A DNA stretch of 64,000 nt from Methanobrevibacter sp. GTDB taxonomy: Archaea; Methanobacteriota; Methanobacteria; Methanobacteriales; Methanobacteriaceae. Location of the stretch: NCBI RefSeq assembly GCF_017409525.1, contig NZ_JAFQSO010000007.1, forward strand, positions 26,826 to 90,825, read 5' to 3'. The notes under the pieces are model-generated. The model was not told the origin of the DNA. It saw nothing but the letters and a program-made list of their open reading frames with translations, and searched no databases. This document shows, piece after piece, positions 9,693 to 19,600 of the stretch (its first letter is position 1; each line of letters begins with the position of its first letter). Made by a program: the position numbers and the translations under genes.

Positions 9693-11248
9693 ATTATCGA
9701 ATTAAATTTCAATAAATGTTTCATCATGTTTAGAGAAATATTTACTGATTTTGTTGTCACTGTATTATGTGGAAGGACTACTTCACAAATTACGGCTGGA
9801 ATGCCTTTTTTATTAACATTGTCCGCTAATGCACCAGGATATTCCTGACCTGCATATTTGTACAGCCGTTTATTTACATTACAATTTTTATAGATATACT
9901 CGGTTAGCGCTTCACAATCTTTTGCAGGGCTTCTTGATCCCATCACGATATTTTGACCCGGTGCTCCGCCAGGCTTTGTTGTGTGGAAATCCCCATATGA
10001 ATCACATTTAAGTTTTACCACCATATTCACAATCTTATTAGAGACAGTTCCAGGATTAGCGGCTACACGATTGAAATCCTTATCTGTGAACCTAACCTTT
10101 TTGGAGATTGCTTTTACATTAACGAAAGGAATAATGTAAACAGTTCCGTTAATCGGATTCTCAGTCATATATTTAATCAATTTCATTGCAGCTACTTGGG
10201 AAGACAACTCATTACCGTGAACGCCTGCAGTCAAGAAGACAACTTTACCTGACCCTCCTTTAACTGTCAATAAAGGAATGCCTTTTTTGGTTGCCGCTAC
10301 AGCTTGTTTAACCCAGTAATTATTAGGCATGTACTTTTTGATTAGCGGCGCTTTAGTAACATCTCCCTTAAGGCCCCAATATAAAATTTTCATTGTGATT
10401 TTATTGGTGACAGTGTATTTGTTTTGACCGCGCATATCATCAAGAGAATAGCTAATCATGTATTTTCCAGAGTCATAATTCAGATACAAGGCAGCATAAC
10501 CTTTAGCATCAGTTCGATTATTATATACTCTATCTCCAACTGTGAATTTCACATTAGCTCCTGAAATTGGATTTCCATCATTATCCAAGACCTTAATAGT
10601 GTATTTCGCCCAAGTACCGTATTTAACTTTTATGTCTCCAGAAGAAGTAATTTTATATGAATATAAAGTAATATTCCGTGTAACTGAAGCATTGCCGTAT
10701 TCGATGAAAATTTGATAATCGCCTGCACCTAAACGAATAGGCAATTTACCCTTTCCATTTTCATCAGTGCTGATTGAATAAGCTATACTGTTAAGTATTA
10801 CTGTAACGTCATCAACTGAAACCCCCTTACCATTTGAGTCCAGAAGTTTAAAGGTATAAACTGGGTTTGCATTATAATAACAAGCATAATCATCAGCTTG
10901 AATAGTTATATTTTGTGTGGAATTACCCTCAGTAGAATTACCCTCAGTCACATTACCAGAAGTAGAATTATCATCATTGAAATTACCCTCAGTCACATTA
11001 CCAGAAGTAGAATTATCATCATTGAAATTACCCTCAGTCACATTACCAGAAGTAGAATTACCCCCAGTAGAATTATCATCTACATCAGTAGTTTCATTAG
11101 AATCAGAAATAATTGTGCTGATGTCACCATCATCACAGAAAATATCATCATTAGTACTTTCCATTACAGAATCAGTGAAATTATCTGATGCTGAAACAGA
11201 TGAAATACTAACAAATAATATTAACATTAATATCATCAAACGTTTCAT
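9689..11248 (-). CDS. Secreted Ig-like-domain protein with a low-complexity N/S/T linker and a C-terminal M14/AstE-AspA family domain (copy 1)
   Basis: Signal peptide MKRLMILMLIL (ATG 11248 overlaps the aroK TGA); two Ig-like repeats; GVHGNE, FNR, DFH and ICEV motifs. Confidence 0.8.
   Translation of the reverse strand: MKRLMILMLILFVSISSVSASDNFTDSVMESTNDDIFCDDGDISTIISDSNETTDVDDNSTGGNSTSGNVTEGNFNDDNSTSGNVTEGNFNDDNSTSGNVTEGNSTEGNSTQNITIQADDYACYYNANPVYTFKLLDSNGKGVSVDDVTVILNSIAYSISTDENGKGKLPIRLGAGDYQIFIEYGNASVTRNITLYSYKITSSGDIKVKYGTWAKYTIKVLDNDGNPISGANVKFTVGDRVYNNRTDAKGYAALYLNYDSGKYMISYSLDDMRGQNKYTVTNKITMKILYWGLKGDVTKAPLIKKYMPNNYWVKQAVAATKKGIPLLTVKGGSGKVVFLTAGVHGNELSSQVAAMKLIKYMTENPINGTVYIIPFVNVKAISKKVRFTDKDFNRVAANPGTVSNKIVNMVVKLKCDSYGDFHTTKPGGAPGQNIVMGSRSPAKDCEALTEYIYKNCNVNKRLYKYAGQEYPGALADNVNKKGIPAVICEVVLPHNTVTTKSVNISLNMMKHLLKFNSII
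10936..11060. repeat. 45-bp perfect tandem repeat (2.8 copies) encoding NDDNSTSGNVTEGNF
   Basis: aattaccctcagtcacattaccagaagtagaattatcatcattga at 10936 and 10981, partial copy at 11026; degenerate 15-bp units flank it. Confidence 0.95.
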
Positions 11249-12111
11249 ATCATCACACAACCTTTATTGTCAACATTTGTTTCTATAATTTTTCCATCAT
11301 ATTTACTCCAACATTCTTTAACATCATCAATTGACTCTTCATCAACGATTGCAACAAATGAAGAGCCAGTACCAGATAATCCGGAAGCAATAGCTCCTGA
11401 TTGAAGGGCATCAACAGCTATTGTTGAATCAAATCCTAAAGTTGCGGAATAAATTAATCCATTTAAATTTAATGCTTTAAAATAATTTTTTTGCTTTGCA
11501 AATTCAAAAGCGGTTTCAACCAGAGGCGCTAACAATTTCATTCTTTCAGGGTCTGAATCACCTGATTTCGAATAGAAATTAGGCATATATACTAAAATAG
11601 GATGTTCTTCCATTTTTTCTTTTACAATGAACTCCCTGTTTTTATTATCGGTCACTACAACCCCTCCGAAATAGGAAGCTGTTGCATCATCAAAAGAGCC
11701 GGTTATTGTAACTCCCGCATCCAGCGATGCATCAATTGCCATGTTAATTGTTTCCAAATCATCAAGAGGAGCTAAATCAAATTCCTCGCTGATTATTGAA
11801 GATACAACTTTAACGATTGCATTAGATGAGGCGCTGCTGCTTGACAGTCCAGATGCCATCGGTAAACTAGATTGTGTTTTCAAATCAACTCCAAATTCAT
11901 TTTTATCAATATTATAATGCTTGAACACCTTTTCGGCACACAAATGCATTAATCCAGTATCTGCTCCAACATCATTGGAGCAAGTAATCGAATTACTTGT
12001 TGATTTGGCAATGCATCTAATATCCAAACCAATGCCGAATGCTGAACCAAAGCCAGTTGCAATAGCATTAATGATTGTTGCCGAACCTGGAGACCTCACA
12101 GCTTTTTTCAT
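11245..12111 (-). CDS. aroK: Archaeal shikimate kinase (GHMP family)
   Basis: SATIINAIATG, LSSSSA, TGSFDDA and LSGTGSS motifs. Confidence 0.94.
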   Translation of the reverse strand: MKKAVRSPGSATIINAIATGFGSAFGIGLDIRCIAKSTSNSITCSNDVGADTGLMHLCAEKVFKHYNIDKNEFGVDLKTQSSLPMASGLSSSSASSNAIVKVVSSIISEEFDLAPLDDLETINMAIDASLDAGVTITGSFDDATASYFGGVVVTDNKNREFIVKEKMEEHPILVYMPNFYSKSGDSDPERMKLLAPLVETAFEFAKQKNYFKALNLNGLIYSATLGFDSTIAVDALQSGAIASGLSGTGSSFVAIVDEESIDDVKECWSKYDGKIIETNVDNKGCVMI

Positions 12112-13193
12112 TATTTAACCTCATCATAAGGAATATCCACTTTTGAAAATATCTTGGCCCTGCTTCTTGCATTTAATGATAAAGCCACCCTATACTCCTC
12201 ATCATTAATTACCTTATCGATTGCGCTTGCAATTGAAGAAACTTTGTTAGGATTGATTAAAAGACCCACATCTTCATTAATAATTTCGGTTATTCCTCCC
12301 ACATCACTACCGATTACAGGTTTACCGCATGCTAAAGCTTCAATTAAAACTATGCCAAAACTTTCAGAAAAGGAAGGTAGTACCAAAACATCACAACTAG
12401 GAATAATGTTTTCCACATCATTTCTAGACCCTGTGAATATCACATCACGGACGTTTTCGTCCTCAACTTTCTTGTTAAGCTTTTTATATAAAGGCCCATC
12501 ACCTACAATGACCAGATAATAATCACTGTTTGCAATCTTTTTAGCTTCAATCAAAGACTCGACATTTTTCCTTCTAATCAGATTACCTACGAAAAGCACG
12601 ATAGGCTTGTCGACCAATTTGTTTTCTTGTTTGAAAGAATCATTCTCCTTTAAAGAAAACTTATCAATGTCAACGGAGTTCCAACAAATTGAAGTTTTAT
12701 CGGAAATGCCGGTAACACCAGTGGCAATAATTTCATGTTTTAAAGCATTGCTTACCGCAAAAACGCGATCTGCTTTTTTTAATACATTTTTAATAGTGGA
12801 ACGCATCAATGGTTGTTTCTTGTATACTTCAAACATTTCAGATCCATGTGCAGTAACATAAGTTTTTATGTCATGCTCATTTCCAACTTCAACAGCAGCA
12901 GCTCCTGCAGGGAACAGGTAATGACCATGAATGATGTCAATGTCAACTTTTTCCAGAAGGTTTTCTAATGCTTTTTTAGCATTCTTTTTAAACATTAAAC
13001 CTCTGACGCCGGGAATGTTTAGTCCTTTAGTTCCAATCACATGTATCCCATCAATATCTTCAATATTCTTATGGGGATATGTGATTACATAAACCTCATG
13101 TCCCTGCTTTACAAGTTCCTTTGATAAAGTATGAATATGAACACCTACACCACCCACATGAGGCGGGAACTGGCCAACCATAGCTATTTTCAT
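12111..13193 (-). CDS. Glycosyltransferase family 4 (GT-B)
   Basis: PPHVGG, HGH, ESFGIVLIEA (EX7E) motifs. Confidence 0.92.
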   Translation of the reverse strand: MKIAMVGQFPPHVGGVGVHIHTLSKELVKQGHEVYVITYPHKNIEDIDGIHVIGTKGLNIPGVRGLMFKKNAKKALENLLEKVDIDIIHGHYLFPAGAAAVEVGNEHDIKTYVTAHGSEMFEVYKKQPLMRSTIKNVLKKADRVFAVSNALKHEIIATGVTGISDKTSICWNSVDIDKFSLKENDSFKQENKLVDKPIVLFVGNLIRRKNVESLIEAKKIANSDYYLVIVGDGPLYKKLNKKVEDENVRDVIFTGSRNDVENIIPSCDVLVLPSFSESFGIVLIEALACGKPVIGSDVGGITEIINEDVGLLINPNKVSSIASAIDKVINDEEYRVALSLNARSRAKIFSKVDIPYDEVK

Positions 13194-13233
13194 AAATTAA
13201 AATCTCCACTAATTATATTATTATTTAGTGATG

Positions 13234-13317
13234 TTATTGTTTAAATAAATATCCGAAAATTAGAAAAATTCTTTAATAAAAAAAGTCAAGTTTAATGTCT
13301 TATGCAGAGAATAAATC
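13234..13317. repeat. Direct repeat copy 1 (left of NRPS); includes a candidate TATA element for the GT4-aroK operon
   Basis: ttattgtttaaataaatatccgaaaattagaaaaattctt (40 bp) is identical to 25629..25668; close similarity continues for about 45 bp more. Confidence 0.9.
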
Positions 13318-13634
13318 TCGTAATATTTAACCAATATGTTCAAATCGTGAAAAAATTAACTCCACTGTCCTCACCCCTTGGAAAAATGGAAGAACCCCAT
13401 AAACATAGGGGAAAAACTGAAGTGATTCTTAAATAAACACTACTTAAATTCATGTTTATCCACCCTCATTATTGATTACTTCTTATTTTGATAACATTAA
13501 CATTATATCATAACTATATATGGATATTATAACGAAATATTATAATATAATTTGAATGTTAATTAATAACAAAATTTCTCGTGTTTTTAATTGGAATAAT
13601 ACTATTGCACAAAAAATACTTTAAAGCTTGAAGC

Positions 13635-13639
13635 GGAGG
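13635..13639 (+). promoter_or_regulatory. Ribosome-binding site of the NRPS
   Basis: GGAGG 7 nt upstream of the TTG start at 13647. Confidence 0.75.
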
Positions 13640-13646
13640 CCATATA

Positions 13647-16600
13647 TTGAATTATTATCAAGATGTTAAATTTATATTGAATGTTGATGTTAATGAGAAT
13701 TCAATAGAAAATGCCTTTAACAAGGCAAAAAACATTTTGAATTGGAGGATTGATGAAAATTCTAATGCAATCCTAATCGATGAGGAAGTCGATTATCAGA
13801 TTAAGGATGTTTCCAATTTAAAAGAAACCTCTGTTGAGGAAATTATAGATTCATTTTTTGATTTTACATTTGATGATATTATTGATGTTCCACTTTACAG
13901 ATTTCTAGTATTGAAAAACAATGAAAATTTTACAATTTTAGCAAACATCAACTCACTAATATTCGACTATTCCTCAATAAATGATTTCTATGAATTATTT
14001 GATAATTCTGAAAAATCTCCTCCAAAATTCAATCTGGATTCATATTATAAGGATGTTCAAGTTTACCTAAAATCTTCCGATTTTGAAAATGAATCCCGTT
14101 ATTGGAAAAACTACGTCCTAAACTCTAGCAAGCATATCAAATTCTACAACATAAAACATGACCATTATAAGAGCCAAAAAATTAATCCTGATATGAATTC
14201 CGTTTCCAGATTCATTAAAAATCATGATTGTACTTTATTTGATTTTTATGGAAGCATATTCTCACTATACTTGTCCCGCATTGACAGACTGGACGGATGT
14301 TTATTAAAAACTATTGTCCCCCGAAAAACTGATTTACAGATATTTGATAAAAATACTCTTTTTAAAGTTGATGTAAATGACCATGATTCATTCGATGATT
14401 TGTTGGATGAATTCGAATCAGCTTTAAAAAATGCTGTTGATAATACTAAAGTTGATGTTGACAATTATTTGGGTGAAAATGTCTCTTATTATACAATTTA
14501 TGATTTTTATGATTTAAATGAAAACATTAGTGTTTATAATGGAGAGGATTCAGCTTTAACATTGAACATTTATGAAAACTCATTGGAATTGCTTTACAAT
14601 TCAGACCTGTTTTCAGATGAATATATTGGGCGTATGGCAAAAAATATTGAAAGTTTGATTGATAATGTTTTAAATTCTCCTAATGCCGCAACAAGTGATA
14701 TTGATATCCTTTCAGAGGATGAAAAAAAGTTACTTCTTGATTTTTATAAGGGAATTGAAGATGATATTGACAAAGAGTTTATACTCAGCAAATATTTCCG
14801 CCATATTGCAATCAGTAATCCAGATATTATTGCTGTTGATGACGGTGTTGATCGGATAAGCTATGGTGAGCTGGAAAAATCAAGCAATTCAATTGCAAAT
14901 GATTTATTTGAGAATTACAATATTTCTTTAGGAAGTCATGTTGCTTTATTATTGCCTCGCAATTATCATTTTCTTGAATTGGTTTTAGCTTTAAATAAAA
15001 TTGGAGCCACATTCGTCCCAATAGATCTTACATATCCGATTAAACGTATTGAGCACATGTTGGAGATTTCTGAATCCGTGTGCATTGTCACTACTGAAGA
15101 TATTGCAAATAAATCTGATTTTAATCTAAATGTGGTTTGCATTGAAGACTTAAATTATGATGATGATGCTGATGTTGATATAATCTCTAGAAGCGAGGAT
15201 TTATTTTCTATAATGTTCACATCAGGAACTACAGGTCTTCCAAAGGGAGTGATGGTTTCCAATTATCAGATGGGTAGTTTAAGTATTGCTTTTAAACACC
15301 TCTTTTCTTTTTCATGTGGCGAGACTGCCGGATGTTATGTAAGTTTCAGTTTTATTGCATCATATATGGCTTATGTTGTATTGGCATTGGGGGGATGTGT
15401 CAGGATATTCAATGAAAATGAGCAGAAAAACAGCTTATTGATAATAGAAGCCCTTAAAGAAACACCAATGAATAATTTGATTTTACCTCCGACCATCGGC
15501 GTTCCTATTTATGACAATGAAGATTTGAAATTGGACTATCTTATTTTGGCAGGTGCAAAATTAAATGAACTAAGTAAACGGGACAGACATACCAAATTAG
15601 TTAATTTTTATGGCACAACAGAATTGATTTTAACAATTAGTAAAATTTATAATTTGAATGATGTTAAAGATAATCGTGTGCCCGTTGGTAAGCCTGTTGC
15701 TAACACATGGGTTTATGTTTTAGATGAAAATAGTAATATAATGCCTATTGGAGTTCCAGGAGAGTTATGTGTTTCCGGTGAAATTGTAAGTTCAGGATAT
15801 TACAATAATCCTGAATTAACAAATCAATTTTTTGTAGACAATCCAATCGCTGACAGTGAAAGTAATGGAATAATGTATCGTACCGGAGATATAGGATTTT
15901 ACAATCCGGAGGGAGAAATTGAAATTATTGGACGTGAAGACGATCAGTTGTCTGTCAGAGGTTTTCGTGTCGAATCAAATGAAATTCTTATCATAATGAA
16001 GAAATTTAAAGAAATTTCAGACGTTTATTTGGATGTTGATAATGACAACCTGATTGCATACTATACAACAAATGCCGAGTTGGACATAAATGAAGTTAAA
16101 GAAAATTTAGAAGATAATTTGCCTAGTTACATGATTCCTTCCCTTTTCATTGAATTGGATGAAATTCCATTAAATCTCAATGGAAAAATCGATAAATCTT
16201 CATTAAAAACAGCTTTAGATAATGATAACATTGAAATAACTGATGAAGTTATCAGCCATGTTGTTAATGCATTTAAAGAGGTTTTAAATATTGATTCTGT
16301 TTTCATTGATGATGATTTTGTTGGCAGAGGGGGCAATTCATTGTCTGCAATGAAATTACAATTATTATTGAAAGAAAAATTGGGCGTTAATTTATCCTCA
16401 AATGAAATAATAAGTCTTTCCACACCAAAAGACATCAGCAATCATATTAAATATAATATGAATATTCATTCGGCTCTTTATGAAGACAAATATCTGTTTG
16501 ATGAACCATGTCCTCTATCAGAATCACAATTAAACGTTTATCTTGATGAAAGTGTAAATGATATGGGCACAGCATACAACAATCCATTTAAAATAAAGTT

Positions 16601-19600
16601 AAAAGACAATTATTCCGTTAGTGAACTTAAAAATGCATTAATTAAATTGTTTGAAGTATTTCCTATTTTAAAAGCTCGTGTCTTTAGCGATGATGGAATT
16701 CTGTCCTTTGCATTTGATGCAGAACCTGAAATTAATGAAGGACATCTGAATGACATTAACTCTTTTGTCAAATCCTTTGAATTCGACAAATATTTATCCA
16801 GATTTTTAATTGTTGAAAATAAGCAATCTGTTATATTATGCGCTGATTTCCATCATTTGATTTTTGACGGCACATCATTGAACATCTTACTAGATGTCCT
16901 GTTTTCGATTTTGAATGGAGAAGATGTTGATTTTGTTGATTATGGGGTGTTAAAACAGGTTTTATTTGAAGAAAATATCGATTCAAATTATATGGATAAT
17001 GCCCATGAATTCTTTGATGAAATGCTGGCTGATAATGATGAGGTTTATGATTTACTGCCTTCTCTAAAAAGCAGTGAAGATGAATTTGAATTGGTAGATA
17101 CAATAGAGCTGGATGCGGAATATTTAAATTCATTCTTACAAAAGCATTCCATTACACATAATCAGTTCTTCGCTAGCGTTTTTGCATATGCCTTATCAAG
17201 ATTCAGCGGTTCGAATAAGGTTCTTTTCAATATTATAGATGACGGCAGAGGCAATATTGATTTGTCAGAGTCTGTAGGAATGTTCGTTAAAACATTGCCC
17301 GTCCTATTGGACTGCACAAATCAGAATGTTGATTCTTTTTTAGATTATTCTTCCACTTTGATTAATTCTGTAATGAAATATGATTTGTATCCTTTCCGTC
17401 TTTTGGCTAGTGAATATGATTTAAATTCAAATATCTTATTCCAATATTCCCATGATCTTTTTAATGACATGCTAAATAAAGAAGATTCAAAATATGGTAT
17501 TGAAGAATTGGAACATGATTTGAATGCAGATTTATCTTTATCTATTTTCAACGCTGGCGAAGATAGATTAATGATTAGGACTTTATATTCATCATTATAT
17601 TCTAAAGATTTCATTGAGCATTTTGTTGAATCTTATAAGCTAATTCTGCAGGATATAATTGAAGTTGAAGAATTAAAAGACATCAATTATACTGCAGGTG
17701 TTGATTTTGAGCTTTTAGACAGTTATAATCAGACTGGACATTCCTTGATTTATGAGGATATTTTGGATGCTTTTAATGACAATCTTGCCAAATATCCTAA
17801 AAACAATCTTGTAAGTTACAATGATAATGTTTACAGTTATGATGAAGGCGCTTTCATAGCCGATAAGATAGCCGACAGTTTAAGAAGTTTTGGTGTTGGA
17901 AAAGGGGAAAATGTCGCATTTTTAGTTGAAAGATCTGAATTATACATTTTCAGCATTTTAGGTATTCTGTCTGCCGGAGCGGTTTATGTTCCTTTGGATG
18001 ATAGTTTGCCTGATGAGCGTTTAAGTTTTATGTTGAGGGATACTAACTCTAAGGTTGTTATTGTTAGTGATGAAACTAGTGAACGTGCATTTAATTTGGG
18101 TGGTAATTGTATTACTTTAAATATTTCTGAGATTGTCAATGATGAAATTGGTATATTGTCTTGTTTGCCTGTTGTTTATAGTGATTTAGCTTGTATTTTA
18201 TACACTAGTGGTACTACTGGCGTTCCTAAAGGTGTAAAAATTACCCGCAAATCTGTAATTAATTTATCAAATTATTTTGCTGAGGATTATCCTTTTGATA
18301 ATTTAGATGTGTGTGGTTTGTATCCTTCCATTGGTTTTGATGCAGCTTCTCAATCAATATTCAAAACTATTTATGCAGGTGCTTCTCTGGTTATTATTCC
18401 AGATGACATTAAATTAGATATGATAAGGATGAATGATTATTTCTTAAAGTATAATGTCACATACTCTGCAATTCCTACTCAAGTAGCTAAACTTTTCATG
18501 CAAACTGTTGAGGATACTTCTTTAAAGAGTTTATCAATTGGTGGTGAAAAATTAGGTGAGTTTGAAAATCCTTTAAATCATATGTTAATTGATGAATTTG
18601 GACCTACTGAAGCATTTGCTTTTATCTCATCAATTGACAATTCTAAAAAAATTGATTCGTCCTCAGTAGGATTCCTAAATTACAATACAAAAACTTATAT
18701 TTTAGATAATGAATTTAGACAAGTGCCAATTGGTGCTGTCGGTGAATTGTATTTGGCAGGTTATCAAATAGCTGATGGATATCTAAATCGTGAAGAAGAA
18801 AATATCAAATCATTTATTGAAAATCCATTTGATGATAGTGTTGATTATGGTGTTTTGTATCGTACTGGCGATATGGTGCGTTTATTGCCTGATGGGTCTT
18901 TGGGTCTTGTTGGTCGTCGTGACAGTCAAGTTAAAATCAGTGGAAATCGTGTAGAATTATCAGAAATTGAATCGGTAATTCGTGAAATTGATTATATTAC
19001 GGATGTGACAGTTCAAACTATCAAACATATGGATAATTATGAATTGGTGGCTTATGTTGTAGCATCTGATGAATCTGATGATGAAACTCTAAAAGAGCAT
19101 GTTCGTGATTATGTTGCTCAATTTAAACCAGGTTATATGATTCCTTCATTTGTTGTCCGTTTGGACAGTATCCCTCTTAATATCAATGGTAAAATCGATT
19201 ATAGGCATCTGCCTGAAGTTGATTTGGACAGTTTGCGTGTGGAGTATGTTGCTCCAAATAATGAAATTGAAAAACAAATAGCCAATGCATTTGAGATTGT
19301 ATTTAATCAAAAAGACATTGGATTAAACGATGACTTTGTTCGTCTTGGCGGAGATTCCATCACTGCCATTCGTGTTGTTTCACTCTTGGAGAAAAATGAC
19401 ATTAACTGTGGTGCTGGAGATATATTGAATTATAAAACTCCATATTTGATTGCTCAAAATGTTGGCAGCATAGAGAAAGTTGCATACGATGCAGTAGAGG
19501 GAATTATGGATTTGCTTCCTATTCAGGAGTATTTCTTTGATCAAATTAACGAGGATGAATTTTCACAACACTTTATCTTAAAATCCTCAGAAAAAATAGA

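Noticed and set aside
10936-11060. 45-bp repeats as a possible CRISPR array
   Set aside because: Units are head-to-tail with no unique spacers, are in frame inside a CDS, and no cas genes are present
12111-13193. GT4 as an NRPS tailoring enzyme
   Set aside because: It lies outside the left repeat, is divergent from the NRPS and is coupled to aroK, so it belongs to the host backbone
13340-13453. 37-aa minus-strand ORF (MNLSSVYLRITSVFPLCLWGSSIFPRGEDSGVNFFTI) with a GAGGGTG RBS-like site just inside the left repeat
   Set aside because: Short, no recognisable motif, and expected by chance; needs homology or Ribo-seq support
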